DNA of 64,000 bases from an uncultured Chloroflexia bacterium (GCA_963789565.1 CAWBKX010000001.1:11004-75003), one strand, 5' to 3'; shown: positions 15,655 through 26,733, counted from the first letter of the stretch. The notes: generated by a model not told the origin, from the letters alone. A program made the numbers and translations.

Positions 15655-16677
15655 TCAGCTTTCGGCGTGCCTTTCCACGTGACCGCCAAACTGGAAACGC
15701 ATGGCCGACAGGACCTTGTTGGCGAAATCGGCGTTCCCACGAGAACTGAAGCGATCGAACAGAGCGGCGCTGAGAACGTTTGCTGGAACGCCCTCTTCGA
15801 CCGCCGCCTGAATCGTCCAGCGACCCTCACCCGAATCGGACACACGCCCGGCGAAATTCTCCAGACCGGGGCTGTCGAGCAAGGCGCTGGCGGTCAAATC
15901 GAGCAGCCAGGAGCCGATGACGCTCCCTCGTCGCCAGAGTTCGGTGACGTCAGCAAGATTGAAGTCGTACTGGTAGTGCTCGGGGTTCCGCAGCGGCGCG
16001 GTTTCGGCGTCGGCCGAACGCGACTGAGATCCGGCATTTGCATTGTGCAAGATGTTGAGACCCTCGGCGTAGGCCGCCATCACGCCATACTCGATGCCGT
16101 TGTGAACCATTTTGACGAAGTGCCCGCCACCGTTGGGACCGCAATGGAGATAGCCGAATTCGGCCGTACCGCCCACATTTTCACGACCGATGGTGCGGAT
16201 CGTGGCTTCGACTCCGGGTGCCAACGAGCGGAAGATCGGATCGAGATGCTGCACAACGTCGGTTTCGCCACCGATCATCAGGCAGTAGCCGCGCTCGAGT
16301 CCCCAGACGCCGCCGCTTGTGCCGACGTCCACATAGTGGATGTTCTTGGCGCGCAACGCTGCGGCACGACGCAGATCGTCCAGATAGTAGGAGTTGCCAC
16401 CGTCGATCAGAATGTCACCTTCGGAGAGCAGCGGCAGCAATTCGTCAATCTGCTCATCGACCACGGCTGCGGGAACCATCATCCAGATAGCGCGCGGGCG
16501 CTCGAGCTTGTTGACAAACTCCTCGAGCGTTGCGGCCGCCATACCTCCGTGTTCGTGCGCGAACTCAGTGGCCCGTGCGACGGTACGATTGAAGACAACG
16601 ACGTCCTGTTCCTTGCGCAACAGTCGCTGGGCCATGAAAGCACCCATGCGACCCAAGCCAATCAGCCCTAACTGCAT
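15655..16677 (-). CDS. gnd: 6-phosphogluconate dehydrogenase, decarboxylating (short YqeC/Gnd-like type)
   Basis: I trimmed the start to the ATG at 16677 (AAAGGAG upstream), giving [12 protein letters not shown] (Rossmann). It also has [15 protein letters not shown] and [13 protein letters not shown]. Confidence 0.85.
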   Translation of the reverse strand: MQLGLIGLGRMGAFMAQRLLRKEQDVVVFNRTVARATEFAHEHGGMAAATLEEFVNKLERPRAIWMMVPAAVVDEQIDELLPLLSEGDILIDGGNSYYLDDLRRAAALRAKNIHYVDVGTSGGVWGLERGYCLMIGGETDVVQHLDPIFRSLAPGVEATIRTIGRENVGGTAEFGYLHCGPNGGGHFVKMVHNGIEYGVMAAYAEGLNILHNANAGSQSRSADAETAPLRNPEHYQYDFNLADVTELWRRGSVIGSWLLDLTASALLDSPGLENFAGRVSDSGEGRWTIQAAVEEGVPANVLSAALFDRFSSRGNADFANKVLSAMRFQFGGHVERHAES

Positions 16678-17017
16678 GCACCAACTCCTTTCAATCCATC
16701 GTTGTTCATGACGGCGACATCGTATGAGGCCCGTCACGAATTCGTTTCCAGCATCGACGGCCGCGACGCGTGCGTCAACCGCCACGCGATCCACACTCAG
16801 CAATCCGCGCGCAAGAGTCTCACCGAGACCGGCAGGGATGACCGGAAATGCACCTTGCGCGGAGTTTCGAACGTCTCTCTGTCGAACGTGCGTGGTACGG
16901 ACCATGCCGTACTCAAGACAGCCGATGGTACCTTTTGATTTGAACCGTCGCAGACGGATCTCGATAATCGAAGCGTGGTCCGCACCGCCTTCTCCTTGAA
17001 TCGGAGCTGACTCCCGA

Positions 17018-19465
17018 ATGATCATGGATGGCCGCGCCGTCGGCAGCTATCGAATTGAATCGTGGCTGGGTTCAGGTTCGACCGGCGCAGTCTATCGTGC
17101 CGCACGTCTCGACGGCGGCGAGTCTGACGCCGTCAAGATGATTGATGCCGATAACCTGTCGAAGTCGGAACGAGAAAAGTTCCTCAAGCGCGTCGAAGCA
17201 GCCAGATCGTTGCGTCACCCGCACATCGTCGAGATCGCCGAGACCGGAGAGGTTGGCAAGCGCATCTACGTCGCAATGGAGCTGTTCGAGCACGGCTCCG
17301 TGCGCACACTCCTCGACCGAGCGCGCGGAACGGGCCAACCGTTGCCGCTCGATTTGGGACTGGACCTGGTCAAACAGGCCGCGGATGGCATTGGGTTCGC
17401 CCACGAAAATGGTGTTATCCACGGTAATCTCAAGCCGGAAAACCTCCTGCTCAAATCGTCGACCGAGTCGCGGTCCGGTGCGTTTTGGATCGTCAAGATC
17501 GCCGACTTTGGATTCGCGTCGCACGCAAATTCGATCGATGCATCAGCCACGACGCAGACCGATTCGCGTGCCTATCAATCGCCTGAGGTTCGTTCCGGCG
17601 CGCCGCCGACTCTTCGCGACGACGTGTTCGCTCTCGGCGCAGTCCTCTACGAGATTGCAACTTCTCGCGCGCCCGCAGTGTCATCCACCAGTTCCGGTGA
17701 AGCTCGAAGCATTACTCCGCCTCGACGCCTGAATCCAGCCATACCGCTTGCACTGGAAACGGTCATTCTGCGCTGCCTTTCGACGGATCAGGCCGAACGC
17801 TTCGCCAACGGCTCCGAGCTTGCGACTGCCCTCGCATCTGTCCTGGGCAACACCACGCCGGGTAGTAGCTCGATCTCGATCGACGCGAAGAGGACCGCTG
17901 CCCTGGAGGTCGACGCGATCGAATATCGCTTGTCGCTCAACCAGGGCGGACAGGCCTCCATCGAATTGCACATCTCCAATCGCAGCGATGTCCCAATCGA
18001 CGTTCGCGTCGAGGCTGAGTCGACGGAACTGCTGGGGTTTCCGGATCTTCCACGGCTATTGCGCCTCGACGTGGAGCAACGCAAATCCATTTCGATCCAG
18101 GTTCGACTCGACACCGATCATCGTCCGCTTCCGGGTGAGTATCGTGTCCAACTACACGTGCGTCCGACGGAAGCGGGGGCCAGTGTCATCGAATTGCCGA
18201 TCGCCATCATCGTCCAACCGGAGATGACCACGCAGCTGAGTTTGCAGCAGGTCGGTCGCGAAACAAGCAGGCAAGTGGTCTTTCACGCGACGGTGACGAA
18301 CCACGGAGATCGTGTCGAGCATGTCTCGTTTCAGGGACGTGATGTGGAGCACCGACTTCGCTTTCGCTTCCGTCCCGAGATGGTCACCATCGAACCGGGA
18401 CGCTCTCGGACCATCACTCTCGAGGTGACGGATCGAGCGCGGCAACCGGGATCGGAACACGTCAGCTTCGAGGTCACGGCGCACTCATCGACGGGCCCAT
18501 CCGCGTCGGCTACTGGTGAATTCGTTCGCCAACTCCCCGAATCGGCGGGAACGCGTCGCGTGTTGGTCGGGTTTGGCGCGCTCGGCACGATGGCCGTTGT
18601 GCTTGCGGTCGTGTTGCTTGCCACCTTCATGCGAGCAGGCTCGTCTCATTCCATCACCGACGTGCCGACACCGACCGTCGCCCTTTCGCGAACCGAAACA
18701 TCGGCGTCAGTGCCGACGACTACACCATCACCGTCACCGAGCCCCACCGAACCAGCTCCGACACCAACTCCCACGGTCACGCCCACTCCGACCGTGACTC
18801 CGACGACTGACACTCCAATTGCGGTGAAACAGGTTGCGACAAGCAAAAACGTCGTGGCGCTTACCTTCTCGGTGGGCGACGATCCAACGTCGGTTGCCAA
18901 GGTGGAGACTATCCTGACACTGCTCAAAGCTCGCAACGTCGTCGCGAGCTTCGGAATATCAGGTATTTGGGCGCAGGCTCATCCGGATCTGGTTCGCCAG
19001 ATCGTCGCAGGTGGCAACCAGCTGGTCAACGAGACGTACGACCACACATCGTTCACCGGGAGCAGCGCCCCGGATTCAGCCACGTCCACCGCTGCGCGCG
19101 TGAATGAACTGACACGTGCCGACCAAATCTTCAAACAAATCACGGGCGAAACCACGGCCCCCTATTACCGACCTCCGTACGGCGACATCGATTCCGGCCC
19201 AAACTCCACCGTCGAGCGGGACGCCGCCACAGCCGGATACTCTGTCGCGGTCCTCTGGTCGATCGACACCATGAGCTGGTCGTCGACGCAAACGGTCGGG
19301 AAGATGATCGCGTCCGCCAGCAAGGCCGGGCCAGGGGACATCATCCTGTTCAGTCTAGCGCCGGCCGGAGGCGACAAAGACGTCTCGGCGCTGCCACAGG
19401 TGATCGACAATTTACGAAGTGCTGGATTCGCTTTCGCCACCGTAAAGGATCTCGTCGGGCGCTAG
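17018..19465 (+). CDS. Hanks-type Ser/Thr kinase-like protein (HRD replaced by HGN), two beta-sandwich domains, TM, PT linker, NodB-like ectodomain
   Basis: Kinase motifs: G-loop [14 protein letters not shown] lysine, [10 protein letters not shown]. The catalytic loop reads IHGNLKPEN at 17420-17428. The TM is [23 protein letters not shown]. The C-terminal region has [10 protein letters not shown] ... YRPPYG ... SIDTMSW, as in NodB. Confidence 0.8.
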   Translation: MIMDGRAVGSYRIESWLGSGSTGAVYRAARLDGGESDAVKMIDADNLSKSEREKFLKRVEAARSLRHPHIVEIAETGEVGKRIYVAMELFEHGSVRTLLDRARGTGQPLPLDLGLDLVKQAADGIGFAHENGVIHGNLKPENLLLKSSTESRSGAFWIVKIADFGFASHANSIDASATTQTDSRAYQSPEVRSGAPPTLRDDVFALGAVLYEIATSRAPAVSSTSSGEARSITPPRRLNPAIPLALETVILRCLSTDQAERFANGSELATALASVLGNTTPGSSSISIDAKRTAALEVDAIEYRLSLNQGGQASIELHISNRSDVPIDVRVEAESTELLGFPDLPRLLRLDVEQRKSISIQVRLDTDHRPLPGEYRVQLHVRPTEAGASVIELPIAIIVQPEMTTQLSLQQVGRETSRQVVFHATVTNHGDRVEHVSFQGRDVEHRLRFRFRPEMVTIEPGRSRTITLEVTDRARQPGSEHVSFEVTAHSSTGPSASATGEFVRQLPESAGTRRVLVGFGALGTMAVVLAVVLLATFMRAGSSHSITDVPTPTVALSRTETSASVPTTTPSPSPSPTEPAPTPTPTVTPTPTVTPTTDTPIAVKQVATSKNVVALTFSVGDDPTSVAKVETILTLLKARNVVASFGISGIWAQAHPDLVRQIVAGGNQLVNETYDHTSFTGSSAPDSATSTAARVNELTRADQIFKQITGETTAPYYRPPYGDIDSGPNSTVERDAATAGYSVAVLWSIDTMSWSSTQTVGKMIASASKAGPGDIILFSLAPAGGDKDVSALPQVIDNLRSAGFAFATVKDLVGR

Positions 19466-19652
19466 GTGGCGGAGCCGACTATCGGGCTAATTGCCGCGAC
19501 TGATAATCCAGGCAGACGTCGCGATCATCACCCCGCCTCCCGTCGCACCAAGGTTGGCACGCTCACCGATGAAAGCCGCTCTGAGCAGATGGGCGCGACG
19601 GGCGGTTGTACAAAGACCGATGCCGCGCATCTGACTCGATCGACATGATTAC

Positions 19653-19675
19653 GGCGGGCTCTCAGTGAGCCCGCC
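19653..19675. terminator. 9-bp perfect hairpin between convergent genes
   Basis: The sequence is GGCGGGCTC-tcagt-GAGCCCGCC. It lies between the kinase-like gene stop (19465) and the M28 peptidase stop (19705). There is no U-tract. Confidence 0.45.
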
Positions 19676-19704
19676 GAATCGCTTTCCGACGTTGTGTTCA
19701 AGGA

Positions 19705-21462
19705 CTACGATGCCTTGCTCAGCGCTTCGTCGATGGCTGATTTTGCCTCACGCAGCGCTTGCCGCACCCGATTACGCTCTCGCTGGAGCTTGATCCGCAG
19801 CAGGTGTCGCTCTCCACTCTCTTCGTCCATCTGAGCCAGCTTGCCAGCCGGCCGCAGGCCCGGCACAGGTTGTGAGCCGAGCGCCAGATCCTGCTCGTAC
19901 GGACCATGCTCGGTGTAATTCACCGGAATCAGCAGACGGCTCAGGCGCATGATGCACTCGTTCAGCGCGTCGGCCTGTGCATCGTTCACGGGTCGTTCGC
20001 AGCGTTCGCGAAGTTCGTTCGCCGCTTCGAGTAGTGCGTCCGCCTCCGCCAGCACAGCGCTCATTTCGAACGCATTGCCTGCGGAAGATGCGATATCTCG
20101 CAGCGCGGAGCGGACTTCCTGGACCGCATGTGTCTGATCGAACGGCAGGATGGGGTCGGTCGCGAGACGGTAGACCGTCGCCAACAAAACGCGCGCGTCT
20201 CGCGCCAGGAACTCGGGTTCGATCTTGTCCATGAGATCGTCTTTCGTGTGCCACCACCAGGCAGTGCCGCCTCGGCGCGGTCGCCCGCCGCTGATCCCGG
20301 CCGACATGTCCGCCTGCGCGTCATCGGACGGTCCTTGCGACGAAATACCGCAGTAGAAAGAGGGAAGTCCCACACCCCAGAAGGATTGGTCTCCCAATCG
20401 ACCGATGCGCCGGTATTCGAGCTCCTGATCGGTCAATGCCTCGATCAGCTCGCGCGCCAGGCCATGCGCTTCCGCCATGGTTGGAGCTTCCGAAAGGACC
20501 GTGGCGTTGATGGCGCCCGGACCGTCGATGTTGACGTGAGCGACGCAATGGTCGTGTAGATCCGTCCAGAACTCATCGGCATACCAGGTCGACGTGCCGT
20601 ATCTGGCATGCGAGTGGCCCGACCAGAAAGCCAGATGAACGCCACGCTTGAGCATGTCACGGTGATGGCTGAGGATACGTCCAACCTCCATCATCGATGC
20701 GTTGGCACTGCCGTTGTCCATGGCGCCGTAATGCCATGAATCGACGTGGCCACTGAACATGACAAACTGATCTGACGGCGCTTCTGGGTCGATATAGGCA
20801 ACCAGCGTCGGCAGAGGTCGCCAACCGGTGTCGACTTCAGTCGTTATTTTGACGCGAGCGACACCTGCTTTCATATACTCCTTGAGCGTGTCACCCGCGG
20901 CCGCGTCGATCGAGACGTGCGGCAGCGTCGGAAGTTTGCCCACGGTTTCGGGCGTGGGGCTACCCCAAACGGGCGAGATGATCATTTCATGGACTTCAGG
21001 GCCGCTGATGCTGATCACGCCCACCGCGCCATGCGATTCTGATGGAGCGACCTTTGGCGGTCCGGCAAGTCCTTCGGTGAGGACGATCTTTCCGCGCGCA
21101 TCGATCGACGCGTAATCTTCGTCACGTCCCGCTCCGGCATACACCAATTCGGCTTCGATGCCACCGGCGCCCGTCGTCGTAGAAAAGGAGTGCGTGATGC
21201 ACGGGAGCGATTCGCCTCCGACGATTTGCAACGACGCAGGCCCCGGAAGGCTGACCAAACAGATCGGGTTGTAGCGCTCGTACTTGATGCCCCAGCTCTC
21301 GATGACGGACGCAATGTAGTCGAACGACTTTCGCTCTTCCTCACTACCGGAAAGCCTGACCCACTGAGCAATATTCTCGTTATATTCCATCAACTGGTCA
21401 GCAGAGACTTCACTCAAGAGATCGCGAAGCGCGTCACTCACAGCCGGGCTTTGACTTGGCAT
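19705..21462 (-). CDS. M28 family metallopeptidase with PA domain
   Basis: It has FSGHVDSWHYGAMDNGSANASMMEVGRIL and later HSHARYG-type zinc-ligand context. A protease-associated insert lies in the N-terminal half. Confidence 0.8.
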   Translation of the reverse strand: MPSQSPAVSDALRDLLSEVSADQLMEYNENIAQWVRLSGSEEERKSFDYIASVIESWGIKYERYNPICLVSLPGPASLQIVGGESLPCITHSFSTTTGAGGIEAELVYAGAGRDEDYASIDARGKIVLTEGLAGPPKVAPSESHGAVGVISISGPEVHEMIISPVWGSPTPETVGKLPTLPHVSIDAAAGDTLKEYMKAGVARVKITTEVDTGWRPLPTLVAYIDPEAPSDQFVMFSGHVDSWHYGAMDNGSANASMMEVGRILSHHRDMLKRGVHLAFWSGHSHARYGTSTWYADEFWTDLHDHCVAHVNIDGPGAINATVLSEAPTMAEAHGLARELIEALTDQELEYRRIGRLGDQSFWGVGLPSFYCGISSQGPSDDAQADMSAGISGGRPRRGGTAWWWHTKDDLMDKIEPEFLARDARVLLATVYRLATDPILPFDQTHAVQEVRSALRDIASSAGNAFEMSAVLAEADALLEAANELRERCERPVNDAQADALNECIMRLSRLLIPVNYTEHGPYEQDLALGSQPVPGLRPAGKLAQMDEESGERHLLRIKLQRERNRVRQALREAKSAIDEALSKAS

Positions 21463-21915
21463 GGTGTGGACCTCCCTCGACGGTGTTTAGTCGGCTCACT
21501 GCTCGTCAATTTCGTCGAGCGTCACGACAGGACGTCGCCGACGTCGAACAACGCGATCTTCGCACGTTGCGCGGAATCGGATCAATCGAACCTTGGGCGC
21601 GTTCCTTGCGGAATCAACGGTCGGAACCGTCATAGTGTCGATCTCCGAGTTTGCCGCGTTTCATTGTGGCAACGAATTGAGGCTACCCATAGCGGCAACC
21701 CTATTGCCGAAATACCACGTTTTCGTTGATAATACGAACGAATCGCGGTGCTCCCGGTCCAGAACATCAACCCCGTAATCCGGCGGTACGCTCGCGGGGC
21801 GAGTTTGAACCAATCGATAGAGATCGCGAGCCTGGAATCGCTCCGCGATCGCATGTAGCGCCAAACAGACTGGAATGCGTGGCGTGAGGGTATCTGCGAT
21901 GAGAGGCCCTGATTA

Positions 21916-24900
21916 ATGGATTCCATTTGCTTGATTTGCTCGCCTGAACAAAGACGCGCCGACATCGCATCACTGTTACGACGTTATGTCGCTGATAATT
22001 ATTTCTGCCTTTGTGTTCTTTGTGATCGTTCTCTTCCTGACTCGATTGAGGATGTCGCTGGCACGGACGACGCTTTGGTCGATGCCCTCGCACTTGATGC
22101 CGTCGCCTTTGCCAACGGCGACGATTTTCTCTCCACCTCAACAACTCAGATCGAATCGCTGTGGAGCGAGGTTGTCCGTCGGCGCGATAGCGCACGCCAC
22201 CGCGGATTTGCGGGCCTGCTGCTAACCGTCGACTTTTCAACGATCGCGTCGATGACACGAAGCCTCGACGACTTCTTCACCTCCCCCTTTGCCTCCGCCG
22301 ACGACGTCACGATTTGTTGCCTGTACGACCGCAATTCTGCAAGCCTCAACGGTCTTCCCGACAGTATTCGCGGACACCGCCTAATTATGGTGAACTCCGA
22401 GCTTCGCGAGAATCCGTTCCATTGTCGAGACGATGGCGATCACGATCTACCGTCTGACGTTGAGTCGCTCCTGGCTATGCTGGATGGCATACCATCTGAC
22501 TCGCCGGACGGCAGATCTGATTCAGCCCGCTCCAACCAGATCGCAACCAGGATATCGGTCGACCGCGCCCCACTCTTCATTCAGAACGTCGCCGACTCGC
22601 TGGTCAAGGTCGATCGGGACGGCACCATCATCGAGTCAAACTCGATCGCGGCGACCATGTGGATGCGCACATCTGACGAAATGGTCGGTCAGAACATCTG
22701 GGATTTGCATCCGGAAGCGATCGGCAGCCACACCTATCAGCAAGTTCAACGCTGTATGCGAGACAACGAGCACGCGCAATTCGAGACATACTCGACCGTT
22801 ATGGGTCGATGGATCGAAGTGACGCTCATCCCACAAGACGGCGATCTCTGGATCAGCGTGAGAGACATCAGCAAGCGAAAGCGTATTGAAGAGACGTTGA
22901 ACCAGCGGGTTCGGCAACAGGCTGCCGTGGCCGATCTCGGACAACAGGCACTGGTGTCGATCGACTTGCCGTCGTTCATGAACAGACTGGTCGAGACTGT
23001 TGGCCAGACGCTGGACGTGGGGTTCGTCGAGCTGTGGGAAATCAGTCCTGCGCGAGATGAGTTCCTTCTGGTGTCCGCGGTCGGCTGGCCGATCGAGGAC
23101 ATTGGCTCGCTCACCATCCCCGCTACGCCACAGTCAGAGGCCGGCTATACCCTTCAGGTCGGAGGGCCGGTCATCGTTCACGATTTGACCACCGAGCGAC
23201 GGTATGAGGATGCGGATCTTCTCAGCGCACGAGGCATCGTCAGTGGGATCAGTGTCTTGGTCACCGTCGGAGACAATCCGTACGGCGTGTTGAGCGTCCA
23301 CACGTCGGAGCGCACGCAATTCACTCAGGATGACGTCAACTTCGTGCAGTCGGTTGCCAATATTCTGGTCACGACAGTCGACCACGAACGTGCTGAAGAG
23401 CTTCAGCGCCATTACGCGGCCATTGTCTCCTCATCCGACGACGCGATTATTGGTGAGACGCTGAACGGTCTTATTTCCGGTTGGAACCTGGCAGCCGAGC
23501 GCATGTTCGGCTACTCCGCGGAGGAGGTCATGGGGCAGCCGGTAACCAACCTCTATCCAGACCACCTGCGCCATGAGATGCATGAGCTGCTGGAGCAGAT
23601 TTATCAGGGTCGTCGTGTCGAGCAACATGAGTCGATCCGGCGGACCAAAGATGGACGACTGATCGACGTCTCCGTGTCACTCTCTCCGATTCGCGATCGC
23701 ATGGGCCGCATCATTGGTGCTTCAAAGACGGCCCGAGACATCAGCGAACGCAAGCTGATCGAGATTGAGCGCGCTGCCGTTGACCAAAGGCTGCAGCTGG
23801 CACTTGAAGCCGGACGCATGGGCACGTGGGATTGGAATCTGGGCACCGACGAGATCATTTGGTCGCCCAACATGGAGCGCATTCATGGGCTCGAGCCGGG
23901 GACCTTCGGTGGCACGTTCGAGGAATTCAAGCGCAGCCTGCATCCGGACGATCGTGTCCGAGTTCTGGACGCCATCAACGAAACCGTCGAAAACGGTGAA
24001 GATTTCCACGTGGAATATCGCAATATCCGCCCCGATGGCGAGGTTCAATGGCTCGATGCTCGCGGTCGAGTCGTGCAGAGCGGACGCGGACGTCCCGATC
24101 ACATGACCGGTGTCTGCACCGATGTCACCGAGCAGGTGGAGAGTCGCAGGCAGATCGCGAAATTCGCCGCGGCCGCGATCGCGGAGCGAGACCGCCTGCA
24201 GCAGATCATCGACATCATCCCAGAAGGCATCGCCATCACAGATGAGAGTGGTCGCATTCTCGTGAGCAACCAGGCTGCGAGACAGATCTGGGGACAGATC
24301 CCTCCGGACAGCGACATGCACGGCTACGACGCCTTTGGAGTTGTCGATCCCGACGGCAGCCCCTGGCCATGGGATCAACTTCCAACCTCTCGTTCGCTCC
24401 TGAATGGCGAGCGCACCGTTGGCAAACAACTCACGTTGCGCAACGCAACCTCTGGAGAATTGGTTCCGCTCTTGGTCAATAGCGCCCCAATCGTCGATGA
24501 GCAGGGCACAGTCACGGGTGCGGTGACCACGTTCCAGGACATCACCTCGTTCAAGGAGTTCGAGCGTCAAAAGGACGAGTTCCTGCAGACGTTGTCTCAC
24601 GACCTCAAGAACCCACTCACGTCGGTGAAAGGCAACGCGCAATTCCTTCGTCGCCGCGCGCAGGCGGCAAACCCGGATCTCCTACCGATCGTCGACCGCA
24701 TCGAAAATTCGGCAGTCCAGGCGGTCGAGCTCATCGACGAACTTCTTGATCTAACACGCTTGCAGATGGGACGGCCGGTCGAACTGGTGCGCAGCCGCAC
24801 TGATTTGAACCAAGTGGTTCGACAAGTGGCCGACCAGCAGGCGGCTACATCACGCTTCCATCGCATTCGCGTGGAGACCGAAGATTCGTCGCTCATCGGA

Positions 24901-25275
24901 CATTTCGACGAGATGCGGCTCTCACGTGTTCTGTCGAATCTCATCAACAACGCCATCAAGTACAGCCCAGACAACACCGAGATCGTCATCCGGATCGAAC
25001 ATTCTCAGGACGACCGGCTTTGGGCACAAATCCACATTGTCGATCATGGCATCGGCATTCCGGCCACCGACCTGCCACGGCTCTTCGAGCGCTTCCGGCG
25101 CGGATCAAACGTCGAAGGGCAGATTCGAGGGTCCGGCCTCGGATTGGCCAGCTCGAAACAGATCGTGGAGCAGCACGGGGGTCGTATCGAGGTCAAGAGC
25201 GTCGAAGGTGACGGCTCGACCTTCACCGTCTACCTGCCGCTGGACGACGTGCCATTGGTCCGTCACACATCCTGA
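21916..25275 (+). CDS. Multi-sensor histidine kinase (MEDS-like N-domain, PAS, GAF, three further PAS, HisKA, HATPase_c)
   Basis: The H-box is LSHDLKNPLTSVKGNAQFL. The N-box is NLINNAIKYS. G-box residues are DHGIGIP and GSGLGLA. There are several PAS-like blocks and a GAF-like block. Confidence 0.85.
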   Translation: MDSICLICSPEQRRADIASLLRRYVADNYFCLCVLCDRSLPDSIEDVAGTDDALVDALALDAVAFANGDDFLSTSTTQIESLWSEVVRRRDSARHRGFAGLLLTVDFSTIASMTRSLDDFFTSPFASADDVTICCLYDRNSASLNGLPDSIRGHRLIMVNSELRENPFHCRDDGDHDLPSDVESLLAMLDGIPSDSPDGRSDSARSNQIATRISVDRAPLFIQNVADSLVKVDRDGTIIESNSIAATMWMRTSDEMVGQNIWDLHPEAIGSHTYQQVQRCMRDNEHAQFETYSTVMGRWIEVTLIPQDGDLWISVRDISKRKRIEETLNQRVRQQAAVADLGQQALVSIDLPSFMNRLVETVGQTLDVGFVELWEISPARDEFLLVSAVGWPIEDIGSLTIPATPQSEAGYTLQVGGPVIVHDLTTERRYEDADLLSARGIVSGISVLVTVGDNPYGVLSVHTSERTQFTQDDVNFVQSVANILVTTVDHERAEELQRHYAAIVSSSDDAIIGETLNGLISGWNLAAERMFGYSAEEVMGQPVTNLYPDHLRHEMHELLEQIYQGRRVEQHESIRRTKDGRLIDVSVSLSPIRDRMGRIIGASKTARDISERKLIEIERAAVDQRLQLALEAGRMGTWDWNLGTDEIIWSPNMERIHGLEPGTFGGTFEEFKRSLHPDDRVRVLDAINETVENGEDFHVEYRNIRPDGEVQWLDARGRVVQSGRGRPDHMTGVCTDVTEQVESRRQIAKFAAAAIAERDRLQQIIDIIPEGIAITDESGRILVSNQAARQIWGQIPPDSDMHGYDAFGVVDPDGSPWPWDQLPTSRSLLNGERTVGKQLTLRNATSGELVPLLVNSAPIVDEQGTVTGAVTTFQDITSFKEFERQKDEFLQTLSHDLKNPLTSVKGNAQFLRRRAQAANPDLLPIVDRIENSAVQAVELIDELLDLTRLQMGRPVELVRSRTDLNQVVRQVADQQAATSRFHRIRVETEDSSLIGHFDEMRLSRVLSNLINNAIKYSPDNTEIVIRIEHSQDDRLWAQIHIVDHGIGIPATDLPRLFERFRRGSNVEGQIRGSGLGLASSKQIVEQHGGRIEVKSVEGDGSTFTVYLPLDDVPLVRHTS

Positions 25276-25353
25276 CCGATTCCAGAAACAGCGAGTCCGG
25301 CTCACAGCGATGAATGCATGCTGGGCCGGACTCAGCTTTGGGCCTTCTGTGCG

Positions 25354-26733
25354 CTATGACGTCATCGCGCCGATGAACGTAAGCATGGCGGCTCCGGTCT
25401 TGATCCCATTGATAAACCGATCCAATTCCATGTTCTCGTTCGGCGCGTGGTTGGCCTCATCGGGATTGGCGTAGGGCACTCCGAACGCGGGCATGTTGAG
25501 CACTTTCGTGAAGACGTAGTTGGGAAGACTCCCGCCCGCGGACGGCTCCAGGATCGGCGGTTCGCCCTGTACCGACTCGAGTGCCCTGCTGATCGGCGCG
25601 ACAAACTCGGAATCAAGCGGTGTCTTGGACGGATCCATCGAGCCCTGGCGAATGATGGTGACGTTGGGCGCGTGCCGGCGGACATGCTTCTCTATCTTGG
25701 CGAAAACCTCGTCGGCAGTCTGTGATTCAACCAGCCGCACGTCGCACTTGACGAATGCCTCATGTGGTAGCACCGTCTTTGATCCAGGTCCGCCATAGCC
25801 ACCATGAAATCCGTTGATGGTGAACGTGGGCCAGGCCATCAATCGCTCGAAAAAACCTCGATCGAGCGGTTGGTCGAGCTCGTCGAGATTCAGCGACCGC
25901 TTGACGCCGTCAATGTCGACTTCCAGCTTTTGCAGTGCCTCGCGTTCCAGCTCAGAGAGCGGCTCAACGTTGTCGTAGAACCCGTCGATAGTGACTTCGC
26001 CTTTGTCGTTCTTCATGGTTTGAAGCAGGTGAATCAGTGTCCAGATCGGATTTGGCACGACACCGCCCCAGTTTCCGGAGTGGAGATCACGATTCGCGCC
26101 GATGGCGCGCAATTCGAAGCTCAGTACTCCGCGGTTTCCAAAGTTGACAACTGATCGGCCTGTCTCGGATACCGGCCCATCGCTGGTGATGACCAGATCC
26201 GCCGCCAAGAGATCCCGATGCTGAGCGATGAATCCGGGCATCTGCGGACTACCAACCTCTTCTTCGCCTTCCAACAGCACCTTGACGTTGCAGGGCAATG
26301 TGTTTTGCACCGCGAGCAGCGCCTCGATCCCCAGAATTTGCGCGAAGTGCTGTCCCTTGTTGTCTCCCACGCCGCGTGCATACAGTCGGCCATCTCGAAT
26401 GGTCGGCTCGAATGGAGGCGAGACCCACTCCTCGAGCGGATCGGGCGGTTGCACGTCGTAGTGCCCGTAAAGCAGGACGGTCGGGACGCCATCGGCCTTG
26501 TGCCGTTCGGCGAAGACCATCGGCCAGCCCGACGTCGGCATTACCCGAGCCTCTAAACCGATGCCGTTCATTACGCGTGAGATAAAGTCCGCGACTTCGG
26601 CGATGCCGACGCCATGCGCGCTGATGCTTGGACGGCGAACGTAATCGATCAATCGGTCGATGTACGCTTCGCGGTTTCCGTCGATGTACTCGAAAACCTG
26701 ATTCAGCGACGAAGCGGTCGTGGAATTCTCCAT
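25354..26733 (-). CDS. M20 family dipeptidase/peptidase
   Basis: ATG at 26733 (GGAAGAGGA upstream). It has LLYGHYDVQPPDPLEEWVSPPFEPTIRDGRLYARGVGDNKGQ and LLEGEEEVGS. Confidence 0.85.
   Translation of the reverse strand: MENSTTASSLNQVFEYIDGNREAYIDRLIDYVRRPSISAHGVGIAEVADFISRVMNGIGLEARVMPTSGWPMVFAERHKADGVPTVLLYGHYDVQPPDPLEEWVSPPFEPTIRDGRLYARGVGDNKGQHFAQILGIEALLAVQNTLPCNVKVLLEGEEEVGSPQMPGFIAQHRDLLAADLVITSDGPVSETGRSVVNFGNRGVLSFELRAIGANRDLHSGNWGGVVPNPIWTLIHLLQTMKNDKGEVTIDGFYDNVEPLSELEREALQKLEVDIDGVKRSLNLDELDQPLDRGFFERLMAWPTFTINGFHGGYGGPGSKTVLPHEAFVKCDVRLVESQTADEVFAKIEKHVRRHAPNVTIIRQGSMDPSKTPLDSEFVAPISRALESVQGEPPILEPSAGGSLPNYVFTKVLNMPAFGVPYANPDEANHAPNENMELDRFINGIKTGAAMLTFIGAMTS

Noticed and set aside
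15667-16671. 334-aa plus-strand ORF
   Set aside because: It is antisense to gnd, whose Rossmann and catalytic motifs are clear.
16678-17025. 116-aa N-terminal extension of the gnd ORF, overlapping the kinase-like gene start
   Set aside because: The conserved Rossmann start [12 protein letters not shown] has its own AAAGGAG RBS at 16677. The extension has no homology-like features and would overlap the divergent gene.
23722-24642. 306-aa minus-strand ORF
   Set aside because: It is antisense to the PAS/HisKA region of the histidine kinase and has no independent support.
25290-25345. Possible terminator hairpin GAGTCCGGC-23 nt-GCCGGACTC between the kinase and the M20 peptidase
   Set aside because: The stem is only 9 bp with a very large loop and no U-tract. 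This is too weak to list as a feature.
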